From NCBI GenBank assembly GCA_046335555.1, contig JBKDHA010000023.1, forward strand, positions 1,153 to 65,152: a DNA stretch of 64,000 nucleotides, in the 5' to 3' direction. Positions 36,619 through 45,378 of this stretch are shown piece after piece (the first letter of the stretch is position 1; each line of letters starts with the position of its first letter). Source of the stretch: Bacteroidota bacterium (GTDB lineage: Bacteria; Bacteroidota; Bacteroidia; Palsa-965). Under the pieces are notes generated by a model, which had not been told where the DNA came from, ran no database searches, and was given only the letters and a program-made list of their open reading frames with translations. The translations under genes were made by a program, and so were the position numbers.

Positions 36619-37170
36619 TTAGTTGTAGCGGGCTAAATAGTCGCCGAGTCCGCCTTTCATGCCCATGCCAACAGCTTCAAACTTCCATTCAGCACCGCGC
36701 TTGTAGATACGGCCAAACTCAACGGCTGTTTCAATTGAGAAGTCTTCGTCAAGCTCATATTTCACCAATTCAGCACCCGAAGCATCAGCAATGCGGATGA
36801 ATGAATTACGAACCTGTCCGAAATTCTGGCGGCGTGTATCGGCATCGTGAATGGTAACTACAATACATATTTGTGTAACACGCTGATCGATGCGTGAAAG
36901 GTCAACAAGAACCTGCTCATCATCACCATCGCCATCGCCGGTCTTGTTGTCGCCGGTATGTGTAACAGCACCGTCGGGCGAGTTGGCATTGTTGTAAAAA
37001 ATAAAAAACTCATCGGCAGGAATTTTTCCGGCTTCGGTAAGCATAAACACCGAAGCATCAAGATCGAAAGCTTCGCCTGAGGCTGATGAATTGGTATCCC
37101 AGCCAAGACCGATGGTGAATTTTTGCGCATTAAGGGTTTCGCGCTGCCCTTTCTGAAGATTAATTGCCAT
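36619..37170 (-). CDS. terD: TerD-family tellurium-resistance/stress protein (Ca-binding TerD domain)
   Basis: MAINLQKGQ...GLGWD...FDLDASVFML...DEFFIFYNN...GDNKTGDGDGDDEQV...VVTIHDA...RRQNFGQV matches my memory of plasmid R478 TerD along the full length. Confidence 0.9.
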   Translation of the reverse strand: MAINLQKGQRETLNAQKFTIGLGWDTNSSASGEAFDLDASVFMLTEAGKIPADEFFIFYNNANSPDGAVTHTGDNKTGDGDGDDEQVLVDLSRIDQRVTQICIVVTIHDADTRRQNFGQVRNSFIRIADASGAELVKYELDEDFSIETAVEFGRIYKRGAEWKFEAVGMGMKGGLGDYLARYN

Positions 37171-37990
37171 GATGTGTATGAATATGTTGTTGAATAGTAT
37201 GGAGGTTAGTTCGGTATTCGTTCATCAGGTGATAATTATTTCCGTAAGCAAGATCACAAAGACGAAGTAAAAATTCAGGTGGCACATTTTCGAGCAGCAA
37301 CTGAAGGTCATTTGATCCGGTACTCAGAAGGAATTTTATCACGCGGGTATTAAAAGTAAAGATTTTCCCCCGAATGAGTTCCAGCAAACTGCTTACATCT
37401 TTTACCTCGCTGTAGTTCAGTACATTTTCAAACTCAGGGGCAATTGATGTATTAACCAGTTCAGCGAAATAGAGAAACATAAAATTCCCTTCAATACTCA
37501 GTCGCTCAATTTGCTGTTTCAGTACAAGTTCATGACTTCCGGTAATGCGTATATCGTCGAGCAGCAATACATTTCGGTTACTCAGAAAAACCTTGTCGAT
37601 GTGATACGTTCCTTGCGTAATAAGGTTAAACCGCTCTTCAAAACTCAGATTTCCGTAATCAATGCTATATGTTTTATAACGGTGAATGCGTGATTCGAGC
37701 AGCGATGGTTTACCCGAAGCAGCCAGAAACCGATTGATTTCGCGCACAAAATACTTCATCATTGCGCACGACGCAGTTGGAATGAAGTCATAAGGACTTG
37801 GAACCGCAACTGTTTGAGTTTCGCCGGTGAGTAGTTGTTTGTGTGTTTCAATAAAGCCTCGCGCAAGCGCAATTCCGAAGTTTTCGGCTTCGGTTTCATC
37901 ACCAAATTTGAAACGGCTGTATGCCTCTGCAGAAAACGATAAATCTGAAGCAGAGTTAATTTTATGCAGCGAAAATGAACTGAAACTCAT
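37160..37990 (-). CDS. Ter-operon-associated phosphoribosyltransferase-like protein (PRTase fold with C-terminal extension)
   Basis: PRPP-binding-type motif NVLLLDDIRITGSHE (hydrophobic x4, DD, x, TG). 276 aa, overlapping the terD start by 11 nt and the HAD stop by 4 nt. Confidence 0.7.
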   Translation of the reverse strand: MSFSSFSLHKINSASDLSFSAEAYSRFKFGDETEAENFGIALARGFIETHKQLLTGETQTVAVPSPYDFIPTASCAMMKYFVREINRFLAASGKPSLLESRIHRYKTYSIDYGNLSFEERFNLITQGTYHIDKVFLSNRNVLLLDDIRITGSHELVLKQQIERLSIEGNFMFLYFAELVNTSIAPEFENVLNYSEVKDVSSLLELIRGKIFTFNTRVIKFLLSTGSNDLQLLLENVPPEFLLRLCDLAYGNNYHLMNEYRTNLHTIQQHIHTHHGN

Positions 37991-38682
37991 AACTGAAATA
38001 AAATACGCAGCGAAGGTACTTCTTTATCATACAATAAACTCCGAAAACCGAAGTCTAACGCACCTTTAACATCTGCAATCGGGTTATCGCCGGTATGCAA
38101 TATCTGCTCTTTATTTAAAGTCTTTATTGTGCTGATATTATTGTAAGCACTTGCAAAAAAATCGGGCGATGGTTTGGCTGCACCATGTTCATCAGAATAC
38201 AACTGGAAATTCATGTATTCAGCAATGCCCAGTTGGTCAAGTCTTTTGCGCAGAGTACGGCCTTTTATAAAGCCTGTATTGCTGAGTAAACTGATGGTGA
38301 TATTGCTGCTGCGAAGTTCTTCAAACACTTCATGCGTATCAGCATTCAGTAAGCGGGGAGGATGCTGAAAAAACAGCGCTTCCATTTCTTCATAAAAAGC
38401 AGAGAGCTGCCCGGCTGTTACTTCATCCGCATTTTTGCTGAGGGCATTCAGTGCAAGAATCAGTAAACTTTCGTAGTGCGCAGTTTGTCCGCACATCACA
38501 CTGATATGATCACACAAACGGTCGAAATGCCGCAGTGTAGCCGATACTTCATTCAGCGACTGAGTCAAACCAAAACGGGATGCAAGCAATGCATCCCGTT
38601 TTGGTTTAAACTCAGGATCAGAAGCAATCAGCGTCATCCATAAATCAAATGAAATATGGTGTATGCCGCTGCTTTTTATCAT
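37987..38682 (-). CDS. HAD-superfamily hydrolase (phosphatase)
   Basis: Motif I ISFDLWMTL (DxDx[TV]L) and motif IV ILHTGDNPIADVKGA. 231 aa, translationally coupled to the flanking genes. Confidence 0.7.
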   Translation of the reverse strand: MIKSSGIHHISFDLWMTLIASDPEFKPKRDALLASRFGLTQSLNEVSATLRHFDRLCDHISVMCGQTAHYESLLILALNALSKNADEVTAGQLSAFYEEMEALFFQHPPRLLNADTHEVFEELRSSNITISLLSNTGFIKGRTLRKRLDQLGIAEYMNFQLYSDEHGAAKPSPDFFASAYNNISTIKTLNKEQILHTGDNPIADVKGALDFGFRSLLYDKEVPSLRILFQL

Positions 38683-39356
38683 TGATAAACGTAGTCACGA
38701 AGAATTTCGAGGAAATTATCGGTAGGCTGCGGATTGCCGAGCGCGCGGAATTTCCAGGTGCCGTCTTTGCGGTAAACCTCAGCAAAAATCATAGCTGCAG
38801 CGCCGCCCATGCTTTCATCACCTGAAATATTGTAGCGGGCAATTTCCTTGCCGCGAGCATCTACAGCGCGAATGAAGGCATTCTCGATCATCGAGAAGTT
38901 CTGGTTTTTCTGGCGGCCCTGATAAATGGTTACCATAAACAGCACTTTCGAATAACGCTGATCGAGTGAATCGAGTTTGGCTACAATTTGCTCATCATCG
39001 CCATCGCCTGCACCTGTGCGGTTATCGCCGGTAAGCCAGATGTGGCCGCTCGGGTGACGCTGCGAATTAAAGTAAATTACATCGCTTTCAAAAAGCGCAA
39101 TCTTCATGCCGTTGGCATGTTGCACTGTGCGGCCAAGATTAGCTACTTTATCGTTCGAATCGAGCAGGAAAGCAACGGCATCAAGATCATAATCTTCGCC
39201 TTTTTTTCCGCCAAACAGTTTGCCGAGGAATCCGCCGCCGCTTTGTTTGCGCATATCCCAGCCCAAACCAATGGTAACGGTTGAAAGGTCAAAACTTTCG
39301 CCTTTGTCGTTTTTGCGAAGGTCAATGGTTTGACCCTTCTGAAGGTTAATTGCCAT
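38679..39356 (-). CDS. TerD-family protein with a Gly/Lys-rich insertion
   Basis: MAINLQKGQTIDL...GLGWD..., with the insert GGGFLGKLFGGKKGEDYDLDAVAFLL and the motif GDNRTGAGDGDDEQI. Confidence 0.85.
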   Translation of the reverse strand: MAINLQKGQTIDLRKNDKGESFDLSTVTIGLGWDMRKQSGGGFLGKLFGGKKGEDYDLDAVAFLLDSNDKVANLGRTVQHANGMKIALFESDVIYFNSQRHPSGHIWLTGDNRTGAGDGDDEQIVAKLDSLDQRYSKVLFMVTIYQGRQKNQNFSMIENAFIRAVDARGKEIARYNISGDESMGGAAAMIFAEVYRKDGTWKFRALGNPQPTDNFLEILRDYVYQ

Positions 39357-39380
39357 AGAAATTGTGTTTGTGTAGTGTAA

Positions 39381-39956
39381 TTATTTGATCACCTGTCCGG
39401 TGTAATATTTCTCAACGAAGAACGAAAGATCTTTTTGATAACCAATGCCCGAAGCTTCAAACTTCCAGCCGTTATCGCGGCGGTAGAGACGACCGAATTC
39501 AACAGCTGTTTCAATCGAAAAATCTTCTCCTAATTCATACTTGCAAATTTCGCTGCCGTCGCGGTTGTCAACGATACGAATGTATGAATTGCGAACCTGT
39601 CCGAAATTTTGGCGGCGCTCAACGGCACTGTGAATGGTTACCACAAAAAGTAATTCCTGAATATCATTACTTACTTTCTGGAGGTCAACCATGATCGTTT
39701 CATCATCACCTTCGGCACTGTTTCCGCCTGTCGGATCATCCCCGGTATGATGCAGCGCACTGTCTGGCGAATCGGGCTGATTGTAAAAAATGAAATGCCC
39801 CTCAGAGGGAATCATTCGGTTTCCGTTCAGCATAAATGCTGAAGCATCAAGATCGAAATCGTGACCGGTTCCTTCGTTCGGATTCCAGCCAAGACCTACG
39901 CTCAGATTCGACAGTGAAATGTCAACCTTTTGGCCTTTTTGAAGATTAATAGCCAT
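39381..39956 (-). CDS. TerD-family protein (first gene of the operon)
   Basis: MAINLQKGQKVDISL..GLGWNPNEGTGHDFDLDASAFML...HTGDDPTGGNSAEGDDETI...VVTIHSAVERRQNFGQV. Confidence 0.9.
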   Translation of the reverse strand: MAINLQKGQKVDISLSNLSVGLGWNPNEGTGHDFDLDASAFMLNGNRMIPSEGHFIFYNQPDSPDSALHHTGDDPTGGNSAEGDDETIMVDLQKVSNDIQELLFVVTIHSAVERRQNFGQVRNSYIRIVDNRDGSEICKYELGEDFSIETAVEFGRLYRRDNGWKFEASGIGYQKDLSFFVEKYYTGQVIK

Positions 39957-40272
39957 GTTAAGAGTTAATTATCGAATTATAAAATGATTTATTGCGGGTT
40001 AATTCTGCTCCAAAATAGGAATTTTCGATAAAAAAGCCGGTATTTTTCATTTATCTGAGAGCCCGGTTAAATTTTATCCTTCGAATTTGTTACGGCTCAT
40101 TTTTCCTCATCCTGCGTTCTGTTTTTTGTCGATCCTCTCCAAGGATCGCTTGCAAAACAGGCCTTGTCTGAGAAAAAATGAACTCATAACAAATCTCAAA
40201 AACAAATTTTAACCAGACTCTAAAGAAAACCGAAAAATTTTTTCAGCCCAATCAGGAATGTACCTTTACTGC

Positions 40273-40659
40273 ATGAAAAAGATAATTACTTCAGCAGGCG
40301 CTCCGGCTCCGATTGGGCCATACAGCCACGGTGTTTTGGTTAATAATATGCTTTTCATTTCCGGACAGGTGGGCAAAGATCCTGTTACCGGTGAAATTCA
40401 TAACAGCACAATTGAAGCTGAAACCACCCGTGTTATGGAAAACCTTAAAAGCATTCTTACAGATGCTGGTATGGATTTTTCGCATGTTGTAAAAACAACC
40501 ATCTTCCTTACCGATCTCAACAACTTTGCAAAAGTGAATGGTGTTTACGGCAGTTATTTTGCCGAAGGAGCCGATTATCCGGCCCGCGAAACTGTTCAGG
40601 TATCACGTCTTCCGCTTGATGTGAGTGTAGAAATTTCGATGATTGCCGTAAACGCATAA
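40273..40659 (+). CDS. ridA: RidA/YjgF-family reactive-intermediate deaminase
   Basis: MKKIITSAGAPAPIGPYSHGV...FISGQ...TTIFLTDLNNF, typical of RidA. Start chosen at an internal Met of the 40258 ORF. Confidence 0.85.
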   Translation: MKKIITSAGAPAPIGPYSHGVLVNNMLFISGQVGKDPVTGEIHNSTIEAETTRVMENLKSILTDAGMDFSHVVKTTIFLTDLNNFAKVNGVYGSYFAEGADYPARETVQVSRLPLDVSVEISMIAVNA

Positions 40660-40663
40660 CTGC

Positions 40664-42544
40664 ATGTGCGGCATTGCAGGCGGAATAAGCTGGACAGATC
40701 ACAGCAGGCATTATTTGCTGGCAATTGGTGATGCAGTTGAAGCACTGCGTCGCCGCGGCCCCGACGGCAACGGAATTTATGCCGGTACTCAGCTTGCACT
40801 CGGTCATGCACGCCTTGCCATATTCGATACCAGTGAAGCGGCGGCGCAGCCGTTTCATTCGGCTTGCGGACGATACATCATTGTTTTTAACGGAGAAATT
40901 TTCAACTTCCGCGAACACCGCAACCGGCTGAGCCGCGAAGGCATTACATTTCGCAGCAACAGCGATACTGAAGTGCTGCTCGAACTTTTCATCAGCGAAG
41001 GCGAAAATTGTTTGCAGCACCTGAATGGTTTTTTTGCATTTGCCGTTGCCGATCTTCAGCAACAAAGCTTATTTATTGCCCGCGACCGCTTTGGCGAAAA
41101 GCCATTGCAGATATATCGCGGCAACGGAATTTTGCTTTTTGCATCCACAATTCAGGCACTGCTTAAATTCAATATTCCGCGCCAGCTCAATGCCGAGGCA
41201 TTGCAGGCTTATCTGCATCTCAACTACTTTCCTCCGCAGCTTTCGGTTCTCGAAAATGTAATGCCGTTGCAGCCCGGAGCCTGTATGAAGGTTGCTGCTG
41301 ACGGGAAAATTACATCGCAGATTTGGTATCAGCAGCCTGCACCAAGTGAGCAGCAGCCTTCGTTTCAGGAAGCGGCGGAAATGCTTCGCGAAAAACTTAC
41401 AGCGGCCGTTGAGCGCCGCCTTGCTGCTGATGTTCCGCTTGGCGCATTTCTCAGCGGCGGTATTGATTCGTCTGTAGTTGCAGCGTTGGCAGCAAAGTTC
41501 AAACCTGCGCTGCGCACGTTTTCCATTGGCTTTCCTGAAACACCTTTGTTTGATGAAACCGCTCATGCCCGTTTGGTTGCAGCGCACATCGGAACGAAAC
41601 ATACTGTATTTCCTGTTTCTCAGCGCGATCTGGCAGCGAGTCTTGATGATGCTCTTGCTGCAATGGATGAACCTTTTGCAGATACATCGGCGCTTGCGGT
41701 TAATATTCTCAGTCGCCTTGTGCGCGGCGAAGTAACCGTTGCACTTTCGGGCGATGGTGCCGACGAATTGCTGGGTGGCTACAACAAACACCGCGCAGCT
41801 TACATGATGCTGCATAGCGGAATGCGTGAGAAATTAGTTGCTGCAGGAGCGCCGCTTTGGAATATGCTGCCCGCTTCGCGCAATTCGTTTCTCGGAAATC
41901 GTGTGCGGCAACTGCGCCGGTTTGCCGAAGGCTCTGCGCTGAACGATGCTGAGCGCTACTGGCGCTGGGCGGGTTATACATCTGGCCGCGAAGCATTGAA
42001 TTTACTGCTTCCCGAATGGCAGCGCGAAAATGCACTGAACATTGCTGCTTATTTACCGCAACTTTCGTTTTCGCAAACCGATAAAATGAACAGCATTCTG
42101 CATGCAGATACGGCTTTCATACTTCCCGGCGATATGCTTGTGAAGGTTGATCGTATGAGCATGTATCACGGACTCGAAGTGCGCCCGCCGTTTCTCGATC
42201 ACCAAGTTGCAGGATGGCTCAGTACATTGCCATCGCACTATAAAATTGATGCACATCAGCAGAAACGTTTACTCAAAGCAGCTTTTGGAGATCTGCTGCC
42301 TCCCGAAATTTTTACCCGCCGCAAGCAAGGCTTTGAAGTACCAGTTTTGCATTGGCTTCGCACCAATCTTGGCAATGAACTCAATGATTTACTGAGCGAA
42401 GAACGTTTAAAAACACAAATGATCTTTGCCCCGAAAGCTGTTGCAAAACTAAAGAAACAGTTGCATTCATCAGCTCCGGGCGATGCCGCTGCTCGAATTT
42501 GGGCACTGTACGTTTTTCAGCGTAAATACAATGACATTTTCTGA
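40664..42544 (+). CDS. asnB: Asparagine synthase (glutamine-hydrolysing)
   Basis: N-terminal MCGIAGG Ntn-glutaminase start and the PP-loop SGGIDSS. 626 aa. Confidence 0.85.
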   Translation: MCGIAGGISWTDHSRHYLLAIGDAVEALRRRGPDGNGIYAGTQLALGHARLAIFDTSEAAAQPFHSACGRYIIVFNGEIFNFREHRNRLSREGITFRSNSDTEVLLELFISEGENCLQHLNGFFAFAVADLQQQSLFIARDRFGEKPLQIYRGNGILLFASTIQALLKFNIPRQLNAEALQAYLHLNYFPPQLSVLENVMPLQPGACMKVAADGKITSQIWYQQPAPSEQQPSFQEAAEMLREKLTAAVERRLAADVPLGAFLSGGIDSSVVAALAAKFKPALRTFSIGFPETPLFDETAHARLVAAHIGTKHTVFPVSQRDLAASLDDALAAMDEPFADTSALAVNILSRLVRGEVTVALSGDGADELLGGYNKHRAAYMMLHSGMREKLVAAGAPLWNMLPASRNSFLGNRVRQLRRFAEGSALNDAERYWRWAGYTSGREALNLLLPEWQRENALNIAAYLPQLSFSQTDKMNSILHADTAFILPGDMLVKVDRMSMYHGLEVRPPFLDHQVAGWLSTLPSHYKIDAHQQKRLLKAAFGDLLPPEIFTRRKQGFEVPVLHWLRTNLGNELNDLLSEERLKTQMIFAPKAVAKLKKQLHSSAPGDAAARIWALYVFQRKYNDIF

Positions 42545-42617
42545 TTTAGAACATTAATGCAATGGAATTGCATTAATGTGCGATTCATATCCTGAGAATG
42601 CGTAATTTCGCGCCTCA

Positions 42618-43367
42618 ATGAGCAAGGCTGAAGCAGAAAAACCGTGGTTTGAAGGATGGTTCGACAGTCAGTATTATCACATTCTTTATCATAAGAGGAA
42701 TGAGGAAGAGGCTGCACGGTTTATTTCAAGACTTTATTCGAAACTTAATCCACAAACCGGCAGCCGTGCACTTGATCTGGCTTGCGGTAAAGGGCGGCAT
42801 TCAGTTGAATTGAATAAACTCGGACTTGATGTAACCGGAATTGATCTTTCTCCTTCGAGTATCGAAACTGCTTCTGGTTTAGCTAAAAGCGGACTTGAAT
42901 TTTATGTTCACGATATGCGTCGTCCGTTTCGTATTCGCTACTACGATTTGGTGTTCAATTTGTTTACCAGTTTCGGCTATTTCAATCACGAACGCGAAAA
43001 TCGCTCGGTGCTCGAATCGGTTTACAAAGGTTTGAAGCCCGGCGGACGTTTGGTAATTGATTTTTTCAATGCCGAATGCGTTTGTGCGGCAATAGGTTCA
43101 GGAAAAACATATACCGAAACAGCAGGGGGAATTGATTTCAGCATTCAAAAAAATACAGACGGCAAGTTTGTACATAAATACATTTCTTTCACTGATAAGG
43201 GTATTGACTACAGATTTCGTGAACAAGTTCAATTGCTTCGACTTCAAGATTTCAGCAACTTAATGAACGATTTATTTGAAGTGACCGATATTTTTGGGGA
43301 TTACGAATTGAATGCTTTTGATGAAAAAGTTTCATCGCGACTTATTCTCATCGCCCGAAAACGCTGA
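42618..43367 (+). CDS. Class I SAM-dependent methyltransferase
   Basis: ALDLACGKGRHSVEL motif I and LKPGGRLVID. Confidence 0.7.
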   Translation: MSKAEAEKPWFEGWFDSQYYHILYHKRNEEEAARFISRLYSKLNPQTGSRALDLACGKGRHSVELNKLGLDVTGIDLSPSSIETASGLAKSGLEFYVHDMRRPFRIRYYDLVFNLFTSFGYFNHERENRSVLESVYKGLKPGGRLVIDFFNAECVCAAIGSGKTYTETAGGIDFSIQKNTDGKFVHKYISFTDKGIDYRFREQVQLLRLQDFSNLMNDLFEVTDIFGDYELNAFDEKVSSRLILIARKR

Positions 43368-43369
43368 TT

Positions 43370-44149
43370 ATGCTGCTAAGTGCAATCATAATATTACTTT
43401 CTGCTCTGGTGAGCGGTTTGCTGATGCTGGTGTTTCGTGTCCCGCGAAAACCGTTGCGTTTGCTGCTGGCGTTTAGCGGAGCATTTTTGTTTGCACTGAG
43501 TCTGCTGCATCTTATTCCGGAATTATACGAACAGGGTGGTTCATATACAGGATTGTGGATTCTGGTCGGTTTTCTGATTCAGGTTTTGCTGGAATATCTC
43601 ACAACCGGTGTCGAACATGGTCACGATCTTGCGCACACACATTCGCATCATAATCACGAAGAACATGATCATGCGCACGATCACTCGCATGTGCACCATA
43701 TAGTACCTGTTGGTGTGCTTGTGGGTTTGTGTTTGCATGCGTTTCTGGAAGGAATGCCGCTGGGAACTAAAGTTGCCGGCGATTCGCTTTTTCCCCCGTT
43801 TGTGTTGGGAATTGTGTTGCATAATATTCCGATAGCCATTGCTTTTGCAGGTTTGATGCTGCACATTGGTTTGAGCAGAAAGCGTATTGTACTTAATTTA
43901 TTGCTGTTTGCATTAATGACTCCCGCTGGTATGTTGGCGAGTTATTTTATAGGTATGCAGCTTAGCGGCGGACTATCGCCTTATTTCCATGCGATAACGG
44001 CAATAGTGGTTGGGATTTTTCTGCATATATCCACAACTATTTTGTTTGAATCGTCGGAAAACCACCGGTTCAACGCAATCAAGTTTTTTATCATATTGCT
44101 GGGAGCCGGAGCTGCCTGGCTCATAACACTGGGAGCTGCTCATGGCTGA
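43370..44149 (+). CDS. ZIP-family divalent metal (zinc) transporter
   Basis: Polytopic membrane protein with a His-rich loop HDLAHTHSHHNHEEHDHAHDHSHVHH and ZIP-like HNIPIAIA / HxxPEG-type helices. Confidence 0.8.
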   Translation: MLLSAIIILLSALVSGLLMLVFRVPRKPLRLLLAFSGAFLFALSLLHLIPELYEQGGSYTGLWILVGFLIQVLLEYLTTGVEHGHDLAHTHSHHNHEEHDHAHDHSHVHHIVPVGVLVGLCLHAFLEGMPLGTKVAGDSLFPPFVLGIVLHNIPIAIAFAGLMLHIGLSRKRIVLNLLLFALMTPAGMLASYFIGMQLSGGLSPYFHAITAIVVGIFLHISTTILFESSENHRFNAIKFFIILLGAGAAWLITLGAAHG

Positions 44150-45332
44150 AACTACTGAAACATTAGAGCCGGGCGAGTTTCGCATGGTGGCCAAAACAAT
44201 GCCCAGTCTCGAAGCTGAGCTGGCAAAAGAACTGCTTAAAATTGGTGCGCGCAACATCGAAGAACACCGCCGTGCGGTGAGCTTTGTTGGTGATAAAGGC
44301 ACTATGTACAAAGCCAATTATTTGCTGCGTACTGCGCTTCGTATTCTGATGCCTGTTGAGCAGTTTGAAGCCACAACCGAGCAGGAATTATATGATGGAA
44401 TCCGCCGCATCGACTGGGAACAGTGGATGGGGCCAGATGATACACTGGCTGTAGATGCTACGGCTAATTCGGAATTTTTCCAGCATACTTTTTATCTCGC
44501 GCAAAAAACAAAAGATGCCATCGTCGATCAGTTTCGCGATAAGCATGACCGTCGTCCGTCGGTAGAAAAAATTTCGCCCACATTGCGCATCAATATCCAT
44601 GTGAATGAAAACATGGTTACGGTTTCGCTAGATAGCTCCGGTGATTCGCTGCATAAGCGTGGTTACCGTGAAGATACAGGCCTTGCGCCGCTCAATGAAG
44701 TGCTGGCAGCCGGAATGGTTTTACTTTCGGGCTGGAACCAGCGTTCGCGTCTCATTGATCCGATGTGCGGCTCAGGAACTCTGCTCATTGAAGCAGCGCT
44801 GATAGCTACAAATGTACCTCCGGGCTGGTTCCGCGATTCGTTTGGCTTTGAACGCTGGCGCGATTTTGATGCAGAACTCTGGGAAAAAATTAAAGAGGGT
44901 GCAATCAGCCGAATCAGTAATGTTGATGTTGAAATTCTGGGCAGCGATGTTTCCTACAATGTGCTTCGCAAAGCCAGAGAGAACATTAAACTTGCCAAAG
45001 TTGATGATCTGGTAAAAACTGTTTGTCAGGATTTCTTTGAAAGCACGCCACCCGAAAACGGCGGCGGAATGCTTATCCTCAACCCACCTTACGGCGAACG
45101 AATGAATCAGGATGATGTGACTTCATTCTACAAGCAAATAGGTGATACGCTAAAGAAAAAGTATGCCGGTTATCAGGCATGGATGATTACATCAAATCCA
45201 GATGGTTTAAGGAGTGTAGGTTTGCGGCCTTCGCGTAAAATTGCATTGTGGAATGGCCCGCTCGAATGCCGATTTGTGCGTTATGATTTGTACGAAGGCA
45301 CGAAGAAAATTCATAAGCTACAGCAGCCGTAA
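44142..45332 (+). CDS. THUMP-domain RNA (guanine/adenine-N) methyltransferase, RlmL/YpsC-like
   Basis: N-terminal THUMP-like region plus the SAM MTase motifs DPMCGSGTLLIEAA and LNPPYGERM. Confidence 0.8.
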   Translation: MAETTETLEPGEFRMVAKTMPSLEAELAKELLKIGARNIEEHRRAVSFVGDKGTMYKANYLLRTALRILMPVEQFEATTEQELYDGIRRIDWEQWMGPDDTLAVDATANSEFFQHTFYLAQKTKDAIVDQFRDKHDRRPSVEKISPTLRINIHVNENMVTVSLDSSGDSLHKRGYREDTGLAPLNEVLAAGMVLLSGWNQRSRLIDPMCGSGTLLIEAALIATNVPPGWFRDSFGFERWRDFDAELWEKIKEGAISRISNVDVEILGSDVSYNVLRKARENIKLAKVDDLVKTVCQDFFESTPPENGGGMLILNPPYGERMNQDDVTSFYKQIGDTLKKKYAGYQAWMITSNPDGLRSVGLRPSRKIALWNGPLECRFVRYDLYEGTKKIHKLQQP

Positions 45333-45378
45333 TCTTTTTTAGCTTTTCAATTGCCCGCATACTCATTATCTTGAGGGC

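Noticed and set aside
30092-39956. Ter operon as a horizontally acquired genomic island or plasmid segment
   Set aside because: No integrase, transposase or tRNA flanks it, base composition looks like the neighbours, and it is bounded by ordinary chromosomal genes with terminators. Horizontal origin cannot be excluded, but nothing in the window indicates mobility.
41069-41815. 248-aa antisense ORF, plus 40517..41065 (182 aa) and other long minus-strand ORFs inside asnB
   Set aside because: They lie entirely within the asnB coding sequence on the opposite strand. asnB has unmistakable family motifs (MCGIAGG, SGGIDSS), while the antisense products are Cys/Arg-rich low-complexity sequences typical of shadow ORFs.
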